64,000 nucleotides of DNA from Gemmatimonadota bacterium (GTDB taxonomy: Bacteria; Gemmatimonadota; Gemmatimonadetes; Longimicrobiales; Gaopeijiaceae), in assembly GCA_028874995.1 (NCBI GenBank), contig JAPPGM010000147.1, forward strand, positions 4,545-68,544, given 5' to 3'. The position numbers and the translations under genes were made by a program. The notes under the pieces are model-generated. The model did no database searches, was not told the origin of the DNA, and saw nothing but the letters and a program-made list of their open reading frames with translations. This document shows positions 1-8,533 of this stretch, piece after piece; positions within the stretch are counted from its first letter, which is position 1, and each line of letters starts with the position of its first letter.

Positions 1-241
1 GGGCCTGCCAGAGATCGTACGCCATCTGCATCCCCAGCCACGTCTCGGGCGTCGAGCCGAAGGCCTTCGACAGCCGGATCGCCATCTCCACCGAGACTCC
101 AGTACGCCCGTTCAGCAATTCCGAGAGCGCCTGCCGCGTGACACCCAGCCCCTCGGCAGCCCGGGTCACTGTGAGGTCCAGCGGTTCCAGGCACTGCCGC
201 CTGATGATGCCGCCCGGATGCGGCGGGTCGTGCATGGCCAT
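1..241 (-). CDS. higA: HigA-family XRE/HTH antitoxin; its C-terminus runs off the left window edge
   Basis: Minus-strand ATG at 241. Translation MAMHDPPHPGGIIRRQCLEPLDLTVTRAAEGLGVTRQALSELLNGRTGVSVEMAIRLSKAFGSTPETWLGMQMAYDLWQA is a typical HigA/VapI HTH sequence. It lies 15 nt downstream of higB, the toxin-first order typical of higBA. It is missing from the ORF track because it is truncated. Confidence 0.8.
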   Translation of the reverse strand, partial: MAMHDPPHPGGIIRRQCLEPLDLTVTRAAEGLGVTRQALSELLNGRTGVSVEMAIRLSKAFGSTPETWLGMQMAYDLWQA

Positions 242-256
242 GATCGGTCCTCTCCC

Positions 257-535
257 TCAGTGATAGTCCACGTAGTCCACGTCAACCGCCTCGCCGTCCT
301 CGAACCGGAAGGTCACGCGCCAGTTGCCGGACACCGACACCGCGTAGTGCCCCTTCATCCGTCCTTTCAGGGCGTGCAGCCGAAACCCCGGCAGATCCAT
401 GCCCGCCGGTCCCGAACTGAAATCCAACGCGGCCAGTATGTCCCGCAGCTTGCCCAGATGCTCCGGCGCGACCCGCCGTGCCGTCCTGCCCTCGTAGAGC
501 GCCTTCAGGCCCCGGTGACGGAACGATGCGATCAT
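257..535 (-). CDS. higB: HigB-type (RelE/ParE superfamily) toxin, plasmid maintenance killer protein
   Basis: 92-aa ORF MIASFRHRGLKALYEGRTARRVAPEHLGKLRDILAALD...GHYAVSVSGNWRVTFRFEDGEAVDVDYVDYH matches the HigB signature (FRH.GL..L, G.[YW]S[IV].V..NWR[IL].F.F). It is directly followed by a HigA-type HTH gene. Confidence 0.85.
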   Translation of the reverse strand: MIASFRHRGLKALYEGRTARRVAPEHLGKLRDILAALDFSSGPAGMDLPGFRLHALKGRMKGHYAVSVSGNWRVTFRFEDGEAVDVDYVDYH

Positions 536-560
536 GGTCCAAGCTAAGACCGTCGCCCGT

Positions 561-573
561 CAATTGACAATTG
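561..573. promoter_or_regulatory. Candidate higBA operator: tandem CAATTG palindromes
   Basis: The sequence tCAATTGaCAATTGg lies 26-38 nt upstream of the higB start codon. TA operons are commonly autoregulated through short palindromes at this position. Confidence 0.3.
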
Positions 574-792
574 GCGAATCCGAGTTCGCCGTGGAGCGCA
601 CAGCGCGCGCTCTTTCCCCAGAGGTACGCATACCCTACTCGGAAGTGAACCCTGAAGCCCCCCCTTCCGAGCCCCTTCCGAGTAGCTCGCGCCCAACCCG
701 TTTGCGATTGCCCACCCCACCATCGCCGCGCACTTTGGGACCGTCCGATTCCCGACCATCCCCCCAACCCCCTCCCACCCGCGCCAACCCCC

Positions 793-1986
793 TTGACGAC
801 CACCGAACAACCCCCCCAGCCAGGTAACCGCCGTGTCCCCTGGTACCTCGGCGCCGTGCTCTTCGCGTCCACGAGCGTGATCGTGGGCATCATCTGGGAC
901 ATCTCGTGGCACCGGACGATCGGACGGGACTCGTTCTGGACCCCGGCCCATCTGGCGATCTACGCGGGCGGACTGGCGGCGGGGCTGTCCTGTGGATGGC
1001 TGGCCCTGAAGACGACCTTCTCGGGCACCGGCTCCGAAACCGGACGTTCGGTGCGGATGTGGGGCTTTCGTGCGCCGCTCGGCGCGTGGGTGGCGATCTG
1101 GGGCGCGATCGCCATGCTCACATCCGCGCCCTTCGACGACTGGTGGCACAACGCCTACGGCCTCGATGTCGAGATCCTGAGTCCGCCCCACGTGGTTCTG
1201 GCCCTCGGCATCTGCGCGATCCAGTTCGGTGCCCTGCTCATGGCGCTGTCATGGCAGAATCGCGCGTCCCGGCGCACGCGGCGCGGGCTGGCCCTCGCCT
1301 ACGCCTACAGCGCCGGCCTGCTCCTGCTGACCCTCGCGGTGCTCATCACGGAGTACTCGATGCCCAACGACTGGCGCGGGCCCGCGTTCCACCTCATCTC
1401 GGCCGGTGTGTTCCCCGTGGTGCTGTTCTCCGTGGGGCGGGCCGCGCGCCTCCGTTGGCCCGCCACTTGGACGACGCTGGTCTACATGGGGGTTACGCTG
1501 GTCATGATGTGGGTTCTGCCGCTCTTTCCCGCGGAGCCGCTGCTGGCGCCGATCCTGCGCCCCGTGGACTCGATGGTGCCGCCGGAGTTCCCGCTGTTGC
1601 TCGTCGCCCCCGCGGTCGCGCTCGACCTGCTCCTGCGAAGGGCCGCACAACCCGGCCGGGCGCCGGACCGGGTCTCGGTGGACTGGGGGGTCGCCGCGCT
1701 CGGCGCCGTGCTCTTCGTCGGCATCTTCGGAGTCGTCCACTGGCAATTCGGCGAGTTCATGCTCTCCGAGGCGGCGCGGAACCACTTCTTCCAGGGTGAC
1801 ACGTGGGGATACTTCAACGCCCCCGGCCCCTGGCAGTACGAGTTCTGGCAGGAGGACCGGTTCGCGCGAGGGGGTCTCCCGACGGGCGAATTCCTGTCGC
1901 GGGCGTGGTGGGCGCTGCCGATCGGGTTCCTGTCGGCGCGCGTGGGCCTGTGGGTGGGCAACTGGATGCTGGCGGTCCGCAGATGA
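793..1986 (+). CDS. Polytopic membrane protein of unknown function with conserved His motifs
   Basis: 397-aa ORF with many hydrophobic segments and motifs WDISWH, TPAHL, DDWWH and SPPH. High GC3. Its stop overlaps the start of the next gene (ATGA at 1983-1986). The TTG start is uncertain. Confidence 0.6.
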   Translation: MTTTEQPPQPGNRRVPWYLGAVLFASTSVIVGIIWDISWHRTIGRDSFWTPAHLAIYAGGLAAGLSCGWLALKTTFSGTGSETGRSVRMWGFRAPLGAWVAIWGAIAMLTSAPFDDWWHNAYGLDVEILSPPHVVLALGICAIQFGALLMALSWQNRASRRTRRGLALAYAYSAGLLLLTLAVLITEYSMPNDWRGPAFHLISAGVFPVVLFSVGRAARLRWPATWTTLVYMGVTLVMMWVLPLFPAEPLLAPILRPVDSMVPPEFPLLLVAPAVALDLLLRRAAQPGRAPDRVSVDWGVAALGAVLFVGIFGVVHWQFGEFMLSEAARNHFFQGDTWGYFNAPGPWQYEFWQEDRFARGGLPTGEFLSRAWWALPIGFLSARVGLWVGNWMLAVRR

Positions 1987-3512
1987 GACGCGCGGCGATG
2001 GTGGTCGCGGGCCTCTATCTGGCGACCGCGGGACACGTCGGCAGCAAGAACGTCTTCTTCGCGGGCGACGCCGGCCCCTACCCGGTGTCCGTCGTGGTTC
2101 GTCCTCCCGACGTGGTGCCCGGGCTGGCGGAGATCTCGGTGCGGGTTCCGGGCGGTGCCGGCGACGTGGAGCGGGTCACCGTGCGCCCCGTGCGTTGGGA
2201 TGCCGCGCCCGGGGGAGGGGCGCCCCCGCCCGACATGGCCCAGCCCGTGCCGGGCGATCCCGAGCTCCACGCCGCCGAGGTCTGGCTGATGACCGTGGGC
2301 GCGTACCGGATCGAGGTGACGGTTTCGGGTTCCCGCGGGACCGGGACCGCCTCCGTTCCCGTGACCTCGGTCATGCTGGCCGTGCGCGACCTGCCGCCCG
2401 CGCTGGGCGCGGCGCTCCTCCTGCTCGCGGCGCTCCTCGTCGCCGGGGCGGTGTCCATCGCGGGCGCGGCGGTTCGCGAGAGCCGGCTGGGGCCCGGACA
2501 AGCGGTCCGGGGGACGCATCGCCGCCGGGGCTGGATCGCGATGGCGGGCGCGGCGGTCCTGTTGATGGCGGCGGCCTGGTTCGGGAACGCCTGGTGGGAT
2601 GCGGTCGACCGCGACGTGCGCGGTGGCATCTTCAGGCGGCTCGCCGTCGACGCCGCGGTGACTCGTGGCGCGGACGGGTCCGTGCTCGCGATCCGGATCA
2701 CGGACCCGTCCTGGCTCGGCCGGAACTGGAGTCCCCTGGTGCCGGATCACGGCAAGCTCATGCATATGTTCGTGATCGGCGCGCCCGGCATGGAGGCATT
2801 CGCGCACCTCCACCCGGTCCCGGTGGACAGGGCCACATTCCGGGCGCGGTGGCCGGATCTCCCGTCGGGCGAGTACCGCATCTACGGCGACATCGTGCAC
2901 GAGTCCGGTTTCGCCCAGACGCTGGTGGACACGGTGTGGGTGGATGCGGCGGCGCGCGGCGATGCGGGAGCGGACCCGGCCCCGCAGCCCGACGCCGACG
3001 ACTCCCGGTGGCGGGGGACGCCCGCATTGGTCTCCGGCCCGGGCGCGTCCACGAACCTCTCGGACGGATCGGTCATGGAGTGGCTCGCAGCGCCGGAGCT
3101 GCGCGTCGACGAGGAGGTCGTGCTCTCGTTCGCGGTGCGCGACCCGGCGGGGAACCCCGCCGTGCTCGAGCCCTACATGGGGATGACCGGCCACGCCGCC
3201 CTCACCCGGGACGACGGCTCGGTGTTCGTGCACCTCCACCCTGCCGGCACGATCTCGATGGGCTCGCTGGCGGTCCTCGCGCCCCGGACGCGGCCGGCGA
3301 CCGAAAGCGGGGCCGCGGACGCCGTCGAGAGTGCCGGCGGGATCCGCGAAGTCCCCGCGGGTCCCCACGGTCGCACGGACGACTCCGCTGGCGTCGCGGA
3401 CGTCGGGTTCCCGTTCGCGTTCCCTCAACCGGGCGTCTACACCATCTGGGTGCAGGTGAAGCGAGCTGGAAACGTGCTTACGGGCGCGTTCCGGGCGCGG
3501 GTGGGCGAGTAG
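1983..3512 (+). CDS. Membrane-anchored exported protein of unknown function with two HLHP-motif domains
   Basis: ATG at 1983 overlaps the upstream stop. N-terminal signal or anchor MRRAAMVVAGLYLATAGH, two central TM helices (LGAALLLLAALLVAGAVSIAG, WIAMAGAAVLLMAAAWFG), and two domains carrying HMFVIG...FAHLHP and GHAAL...FVHLHP. The C-terminus reads YTIWVQVKRAGNVLTGAF. Confidence 0.6.
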   Translation: MRRAAMVVAGLYLATAGHVGSKNVFFAGDAGPYPVSVVVRPPDVVPGLAEISVRVPGGAGDVERVTVRPVRWDAAPGGGAPPPDMAQPVPGDPELHAAEVWLMTVGAYRIEVTVSGSRGTGTASVPVTSVMLAVRDLPPALGAALLLLAALLVAGAVSIAGAAVRESRLGPGQAVRGTHRRRGWIAMAGAAVLLMAAAWFGNAWWDAVDRDVRGGIFRRLAVDAAVTRGADGSVLAIRITDPSWLGRNWSPLVPDHGKLMHMFVIGAPGMEAFAHLHPVPVDRATFRARWPDLPSGEYRIYGDIVHESGFAQTLVDTVWVDAAARGDAGADPAPQPDADDSRWRGTPALVSGPGASTNLSDGSVMEWLAAPELRVDEEVVLSFAVRDPAGNPAVLEPYMGMTGHAALTRDDGSVFVHLHPAGTISMGSLAVLAPRTRPATESGAADAVESAGGIREVPAGPHGRTDDSAGVADVGFPFAFPQPGVYTIWVQVKRAGNVLTGAFRARVGE

Positions 3513-3602
3513 GGTCCGACGGGACTACCGTGGAGATCGAAGCGAACAACCGGAAGGCGATGTTCATAAGCGTTCAGCGAGCAGGGAACTGAGACGAAGA
3601 TC

Positions 3603-3833
3603 TTGCGGGAGGGAGATCGCGGGTACGCTCTGGCACCGGAAGGCGGGCCGGTCGAGATCGTTTACGAGTACCGAACAGTCACGCTCGAGAAGTCGAAGGC
3701 GACGGTCAGCAACGTCCTCGTCGGCGTGGATACCGAAACCGGAGAAGTTCTGACGGTGCCGGCCCAATCGACGCCGAAGCTGAAAGCAGCGAGGGAAGCG
3801 AAGAAAGAGGAGGAGCCGCTTGGCGACAGGTAG
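3603..3833 (+). CDS. Small hypothetical ORF, possibly a Cys-less remnant of a YgiT/MqsA-like antitoxin N-domain
   Basis: 76-aa ORF with a TTG start and fairly high GC3. VSNVLVGVDTETGEVLTVPAQS resembles the zinc-ribbon strand pattern of MqsA-type antitoxins but has no cysteines. The resemblance is weak. Confidence 0.25.
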   Translation: MREGDRGYALAPEGGPVEIVYEYRTVTLEKSKATVSNVLVGVDTETGEVLTVPAQSTPKLKAAREAKKEEEPLGDR

Positions 3834-3990
3834 GCGCAGGAAGGACCTGCGCTTGAGGATGCAGCCGGAGCCCGTTCGCCCATAGGGTATGACTTCTGAG
3901 GAGTGCATTCAACTGATGTCATTTCGTCGTGTCATGCTTTCAGGGAGCGAGGGGTTGTGGGTGTGTGGGGCTGGCGAATGGGTGGGGAAT

Positions 3991-4050
3991 AAGCCCGAAT
4001 TAGCCCCAATTGGCCCCAATTGGCCCCAATTGGCCCGAATGGGCCGAAGA
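3991..4050. repeat. Tandem 10-bp repeat array (consensus TGGCCCCAAT)
   Basis: aagcccgaat tagccccaat tggccccaat tggccccaat tggcccgaat gggccgaaga form six head-to-tail decamers. Further GCCCGA(A)T copies occur up to about 4083. The array is non-coding and sits next to a gene remnant. Confidence 0.85.
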
Positions 4051-4149
4051 ACTGGGCCGGCATGGGCCCGATAGAGCCCGAATGGCCGGCATACCGGCCG
4101 AGCCTGGAGGTCCAAAGGCGCTCTCACCCCACCTCGGTCGACTGCGCGA

Positions 4150-4400
4150 TCAGCGCTCGATCGTGTAGACCTCGATCAGAGTCTCTTCATGGGCGGGAGA
4201 GAATCGCCCAATCCCACCACCAGGCTTGGTTCCGCGGCGATCCGAAACGACTCGTCACCCAGCCACGCGCAGAACAGGTCCACGGCCGCCGCGTGACCCG
4301 TGCCCCCCGGGTTCGATGGTTCGTCCAGGCAGGCAGCGCAGAGCGCTAGGCAGGAAACGGCGAGCAGCGACCTCGGCCGCGGCCCGCTATCCGTTTTCAT
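4150..4400 (-). pseudogene. Internal-deletion remnant of a 6-bladed beta-propeller lipoprotein (paralogue of 5633..6835)
   Basis: The N-terminal roughly 70 codons (LLAVSCLALCAACLDEPSNPGGTGHAAAVDLFCAWLGDESFRIAAEPSLVVG) align with LLAVSCLVLYAACLDEPSDPGATGRPAAVDLFSAWPGDESFRIAAGPSLVVG of the full-length gene. They are fused out of frame to the last roughly 13 codons (AHEETLIEVYTIER versus AHDENLIEVYPIER). About 1 kb is missing. Confidence 0.7.
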
Positions 4401-5544
4401 CGCCCGCCAGCATGCCCGCGCAGGGCTCGCCGCTGACCATGCGGACGGGGTGGAGTGCGGCTTTGACGGCGCTGTTCGAGAAGAACGTCGGCTTTCCGTC
4501 CGGGGCGGTGCCGCGGTCGTTGTGGAATGTCAGGATGCTGTCGCCGCGAACGCCTATCATGCGGATATGCATGTCGGCGTCGGCGTCGAGGATGTTGTCG
4601 CGGGTGCCGGGATTCTTGCGAACGAGCGTGTAGCAGCCGGTGTCCAGGTCGATGATCGCGCCCGCGATGTCTCGGTGTGATGTCGACAGCACGAGATTGC
4701 CGCGTTCGTCGAACGACGGTCTGAGCCGCGCGTTCCATGGCCGACAGGGCAGCGTGACCGTTCGGCCGGCGAACGTTCTTGTCGTCTTGCAGTCCGCGTC
4801 GACGTAGTCGTTTGGGACGGTCACGCGGTCTGTTGCGCCGTTGCGATAGTAGATGAATACCGAGTCGGGCTGTCCCTGGCTCATCATTGTGTTTTCGCCC
4901 TGGTATCGCAGGTATCCCTTTACGAGGATGGCCATGGCGTCCGTGCACGCCAGGCGTGCCAACGTCATTTCTCCGGTGGCTTCGTGCAGCAGCGCGCCAG
5001 CCTCTCCGACTGATCGCCCCGGCTTGTCGATCACCCGGGTGGTATCCGCAATCGCGCGCGGGCCTATGGTTTCCAATTCGTGGCGAAGCACACCGCCGGT
5101 CGTGGGGACGGCCGGCTTGCCGCCGATGTCGCAGATGGCCCATGAGGGCGGTGCCCGTGGCGTCCAGGTTCTGATGGGCTGGTAGTTCGGGTCGTATGTG
5201 ATGACCCTGCGGTCGCCCGAGATGTGCAGGCCGCCGTCGTCGGCGAGAGCCATTCTGCGCCACTTATCCTTGATCTCGAACGGGCCTTCGCCCCTGGGTA
5301 TCCGGATCGTGGTGATGTGCGCACCCGTCTCGAGCGAGAAGACCATGATTCCGTCGGGCTCCTCCCGGTCGCGCACGTAGAGGCGTCCACGGTCCCAGTC
5401 CGGGATTACGTCGTCGGAGTTCATGGCGCGCCACTCGTGATCGACGATTGTGCGCCCGGTCGAGTAGTCGATCTCAACGACATGCTGGGCGCGTGCGGGC
5501 GCCGGAATGGCCAGTGCGATCAGTAGAAGGGCTGGTCTGGTCAT
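4387..5544 (-). CDS. Secreted hypothetical protein, divergent member of the GEGP-motif beta-propeller family
   Basis: 385-aa ORF with signal peptide MTRPALLLIALAIPAPARAQ and a RGEGPFE motif like the GEGPG[ED][FY] motif of the neighbouring paralogues. Confidence 0.65.
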   Translation of the reverse strand: MTRPALLLIALAIPAPARAQHVVEIDYSTGRTIVDHEWRAMNSDDVIPDWDRGRLYVRDREEPDGIMVFSLETGAHITTIRIPRGEGPFEIKDKWRRMALADDGGLHISGDRRVITYDPNYQPIRTWTPRAPPSWAICDIGGKPAVPTTGGVLRHELETIGPRAIADTTRVIDKPGRSVGEAGALLHEATGEMTLARLACTDAMAILVKGYLRYQGENTMMSQGQPDSVFIYYRNGATDRVTVPNDYVDADCKTTRTFAGRTVTLPCRPWNARLRPSFDERGNLVLSTSHRDIAGAIIDLDTGCYTLVRKNPGTRDNILDADADMHIRMIGVRGDSILTFHNDRGTAPDGKPTFFSNSAVKAALHPVRMVSGEPCAGMLAGDENG

Positions 5545-5632
5545 GGTGGTCTCTTCACCTGTCGTGGTGGGTGGTGAGCACGAGGATCGTCGGTTCGATC
5601 CCGATCGGCTCCACGTTCGGTCACCTGCCCGA

Positions 5633-6835
5633 TCACCGCTCGATCGGGTAGACCTCGATCAGGTTTTCGTCATGGGCGCCCTTTGCCTGGACGAGTACCC
5701 GGTCCTCCGAAATGTCCAGAACGTTCAGGCGCACGGGCATCGTGATCCGCTTTTTCCGTTCCCACGCTTCGCTGAAACCGACCCAGACCACCTGGTCCTG
5801 AAGCGGGTTAGGGTACTCCCGGATCCACAGAAGGCCGTCGGCGCCGCCCATCATGGCGGAAAACGCGGGAAGGGTGGGGCGGGCCGGCAGGTCCTCGAGC
5901 AGGCGCTCCGATCTGAACTCGTTCGCCCGCAGGGTATCGCTGACGAAGCGCACCCAGTCTGCCTCAGCGCTCTCTCGGGGCTGCTCGAATGAGACGACTT
6001 CCACGGGGGTCCCGGCCTCGTCGTAGCGCGTGATCGTGATCGAGTCGGTATCCGCCAGGTAGGCGTAGCGATCGGTGACCGCAGACACGGCAGTCCGTCC
6101 GAAGATCACGGGTTCCCAGCTACTAGCTGAGTTGCCGGCGTCGTTAACCTCCCTCAACGCCCACTGCTCCTCACCGGGACGGGTGCCCTCGAAGACGATC
6201 TCCCCGTCAGAAAGACGAACGATCCTATATGTCACCGGCCGCCGGATCTCCATCGGCCCGGCGGGCAAGCGATTATCCCACCATCCCATCTCCGAGATTT
6301 CGAGCAGCACGCTGTTTCCGAAGGCCCCAACGATCCTGCTCATTTGAGCACCGATCGGTCCGAGTTTCGTATCCCCGATGTACCTCCCGGACGCGTCGAG
6401 CCGGGTTGCTCGCATGAGGAATGATGCGTCCGAGGTGACCAGTCCGTCCGCGTGGCGAGCGATCGCGGCCAGATTCATGTAGTCGCCGGGACCTTCTCCC
6501 TTCCTGCCGTGCCGGGAAAGCAGCCGGCCCGCAGCATCCAGGATCAGGACTTCGTACGACATGACATCCGCGATAGCGATGCCGTCGCCGAAGAAGACCG
6601 CTCCGGAGACCCTGCCCAGCGGGAGAGACTCGTCCGATCCCACCACCAGGCTTGGTCCCGCGGCGATCCGGAAAGACTCGTCCCCAGGCCACGCGGAGAA
6701 CAGGTCCACAGCTGCCGGGCGACCCGTGGCCCCCGGGTCCGATGGCTCGTCCAGGCAGGCGGCGTAGAGCACCAGACATGAAACGGCGAGCAGCGGCTTC
6801 AGCGGCGTGACCTGCAGTGCGTCTCTGAGTCTCAT
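5633..6835 (-). CDS. 6-bladed beta-propeller (TolB/NHL-like) lipoprotein
   Basis: I take the start at ATG 6835 (MRLRDALQVTPLKPLLAVSCLVLYAAC lipobox) rather than the track start at 7033. It carries the [10 protein letters not shown] motif and is a paralogue of 58313..59548. Confidence 0.7.
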   Translation of the reverse strand: MRLRDALQVTPLKPLLAVSCLVLYAACLDEPSDPGATGRPAAVDLFSAWPGDESFRIAAGPSLVVGSDESLPLGRVSGAVFFGDGIAIADVMSYEVLILDAAGRLLSRHGRKGEGPGDYMNLAAIARHADGLVTSDASFLMRATRLDASGRYIGDTKLGPIGAQMSRIVGAFGNSVLLEISEMGWWDNRLPAGPMEIRRPVTYRIVRLSDGEIVFEGTRPGEEQWALREVNDAGNSASSWEPVIFGRTAVSAVTDRYAYLADTDSITITRYDEAGTPVEVVSFEQPRESAEADWVRFVSDTLRANEFRSERLLEDLPARPTLPAFSAMMGGADGLLWIREYPNPLQDQVVWVGFSEAWERKKRITMPVRLNVLDISEDRVLVQAKGAHDENLIEVYPIER

Positions 6836-7008
6836 GTCTTTCACCGGCTTTCGTCCCGCTGCTTCGTCCCTAAAGCAGTGACCCGCGCGGAAAACAACTA
6901 TAAAGATAGGAACTGGGAACCCTCGCGCAACACGGAGAGGGAGATTGTCTGGAGCAATCAGGAGTCTCCCCGAGTTGCCTGGTCTGCCCCATTGGGTTAC
7001 CATGCTCC

Positions 7009-7347
7009 ATGCAGACCGTTGCCGAGACACCAACTTTCTCCCGCCAAGCCGACAAGCTGCTCAGCGAGAAAGAAAGGCGCGAACTGATCGACTACTTGGC
7101 CGAACATCCCTTGGAGGGCGACGAGATACCGGGGACGGGAGGGGTCCGAAAAATGAGATTCGGAGCCTCCGGGCGTGGTAAGCGGAGTGGCGTCCGGGTG
7201 ATCTACTTCTTTGGAGGCGAAGGAATACCGATCTACGCGCTTCTCGCCTATTCGAAGGCCGACAGGACCGACCTGAGCCCCGGCGAACGGCGAGTGGTCG
7301 CGAAGCTCGTAGACACGATCAAACGTCAAGAAAGGCAGAGGAAATGA
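7009..7347 (+). CDS. RelE/HigB-2-like type II toxin
   Basis: 112-aa MQTVAETPTFSRQADKLLSEKERRELIDYLAEHPLEGDEIPGTGGVRKMRFGASGRGKRSGVRVIYFF...IYALLAYSKADRTDLS is typical of the RelE (DUF1044-type) family. It overlaps the downstream HTH gene by 4 nt. Confidence 0.8.
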   Translation: MQTVAETPTFSRQADKLLSEKERRELIDYLAEHPLEGDEIPGTGGVRKMRFGASGRGKRSGVRVIYFFGGEGIPIYALLAYSKADRTDLSPGERRVVAKLVDTIKRQERQRK

Positions 7348-7628
7348 GCACGTTCGGAGAAGACCTGATCCAGTCCCTGAACGAAGCCTTGGCCCATGCG
7401 AAGGGCGAGGGTCCCGCCATCGTTCACGCCCCGATCTCCCCCCGCGAGGTTCGGATGCAGGCGGAACTGACTCAGGCTCAAATGGCGACACTGATGGGTA
7501 TGAGTCTGTCCGGCTACCGAAAGTGGGAGCAGGGGAGGCGGCGTGTTAGCGGCCCGGCCGCGACGCTCCTGCGCATCATCAAGCACGATCCCAACGCGGT
7601 CCGGCAGGCACTCCTGGCAGCGCCGTAA
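7344..7628 (+). CDS. XRE-family HTH antitoxin (HigA-2/NadS-like)
   Basis: 94-aa protein with the HTH segment ELTQAQMATLMGMSLSGYRKWEQGRRRVSGPAATLLRII. It is translationally coupled to the upstream toxin (ATGA overlap). Confidence 0.8.
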   Translation: MSTFGEDLIQSLNEALAHAKGEGPAIVHAPISPREVRMQAELTQAQMATLMGMSLSGYRKWEQGRRRVSGPAATLLRIIKHDPNAVRQALLAAP

Positions 7629-7642
7629 CGGTTCGGGACCGG

Positions 7643-8533
7643 CTAATCCCCCGCCTGCGCATCATCACTCGGGTCAGGCCGCACGATGATCCGCACAGGG
7701 TCGGAGGGTGCGGCGCCGGCGAAGTACCCGTAGGCGCCTTCCAGTCCGAAGGAGGGCCAGGGTTGCCGCAAGGGGTATCTGCCCGACGCCTCGACGAAAT
7801 CGGCGTAGTTCCGTCCCAGTCCGAGCACTGCAACGGAAAGATGCACGGGTCGGCCCAGATAGATCCTCTTGTAGAGCGACGGGCTGGCGCGACTGAGAAT
7901 GAGATCGGCCCGGCCTGCTTCCAGACCGAGTACCAACGGTTCGCAAGAGATGGGACCTATGGGTTTCCGGGAACCGTCGGACTGAATCTCAAACGCATCG
8001 ATCACCTCCGAGTGCAGCATCGCGACATCGGAAGGGACTTCGAAGTGGATTGGCACGGTGAGGTAGTCCCCCTCACTTTGTGGCGGTAGCCGATGTCCGT
8101 CGGCCGGCTCGGTAATCACGGGTGCGGAAGGCACAACAGTGGCGCCGGTGAAGGAACCTGCCGGACCGGTCCCCGCGATGCTGTACCGGGTGCGCTCGCG
8201 GATTGGTTCCGGGAGCCGTGCGCGGAGGCACACCAAAGTGCCGGGCCAGGCTGTCAAGTCGGTTATCCCGCAATCGGCCAAGTCCGTCTCTTCGGAGAAC
8301 GCAGTCACCCAGCCGGGTCCCATCAGGCGTACGTTGACCTCCGGAGGCGAGCCGGATCGGGAACGGTGCGGATGCGCGGCCAACATGTGTACGTCGCTCT
8401 GCCCGGCCACCAGCATTGCTGTCACCACCAGCGCGTCCGATTCCGGAGCGAGTGGGTCCGCTGAACGAATACAACCGGCGCACGCAATAGCCGCCAACAC
8501 GGTGCATGGACGCAGCCCGGCAAGCGGTGTCAA
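7643..8533 (-). CDS. DUF4249-like lipoprotein, the usual partner of this TonB receptor type
   Basis: 296-aa ORF with lipobox LAAIACAGC. Its start overlaps the stop of the TonB receptor. Size and position match the DUF4249 proteins encoded downstream of CarboxypepD_reg-type receptors. The family call is from memory and not verified. Confidence 0.55.
   Translation of the reverse strand: MTPLAGLRPCTVLAAIACAGCIRSADPLAPESDALVVTAMLVAGQSDVHMLAAHPHRSRSGSPPEVNVRLMGPGWVTAFSEETDLADCGITDLTAWPGTLVCLRARLPEPIRERTRYSIAGTGPAGSFTGATVVPSAPVITEPADGHRLPPQSEGDYLTVPIHFEVPSDVAMLHSEVIDAFEIQSDGSRKPIGPISCEPLVLGLEAGRADLILSRASPSLYKRIYLGRPVHLSVAVLGLGRNYADFVEASGRYPLRQPWPSFGLEGAYGYFAGAAPSDPVRIIVRPDPSDDAQAGD

Noticed and set aside
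536-792. Pro-rich ORFs (534..827 plus strand, 282..902 and 544..1191 minus strand) between higB and the membrane gene
   Set aside because: They are low-complexity Pro/Arg/Gly translations with no start context. The region is better explained as the higBA promoter/operator plus the upstream region of the 793 gene.
1482-3592. Very long ORFs (648 aa on the minus strand, 598 aa on the plus strand) overlapping the 1983..3512 gene
   Set aside because: They are Arg/Gly/Pro/Ala-rich low-complexity translations with no motifs. This is typical of shadow ORFs in a roughly 70% GC genome. The frame chosen instead has TM helices, motifs and start/stop coupling. The same reasoning applies to 11172..12089, 12676..14106, 16416..17873, 20457..22091, 26059..27570, 35419..37139, 40026..41212, 43552..45792, 46057..48132, 49595..50854 and similar track entries.
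3955-3995. G-quadruplex potential of GGGGttgtGGGtgtgtGGGGctggcgaatGGGtGGGG
   Set aside because: One loop is 9 nt, above the usual 7-nt cutoff, and G-runs are common in GC-rich DNA. I mention it only as context for the decamer array.
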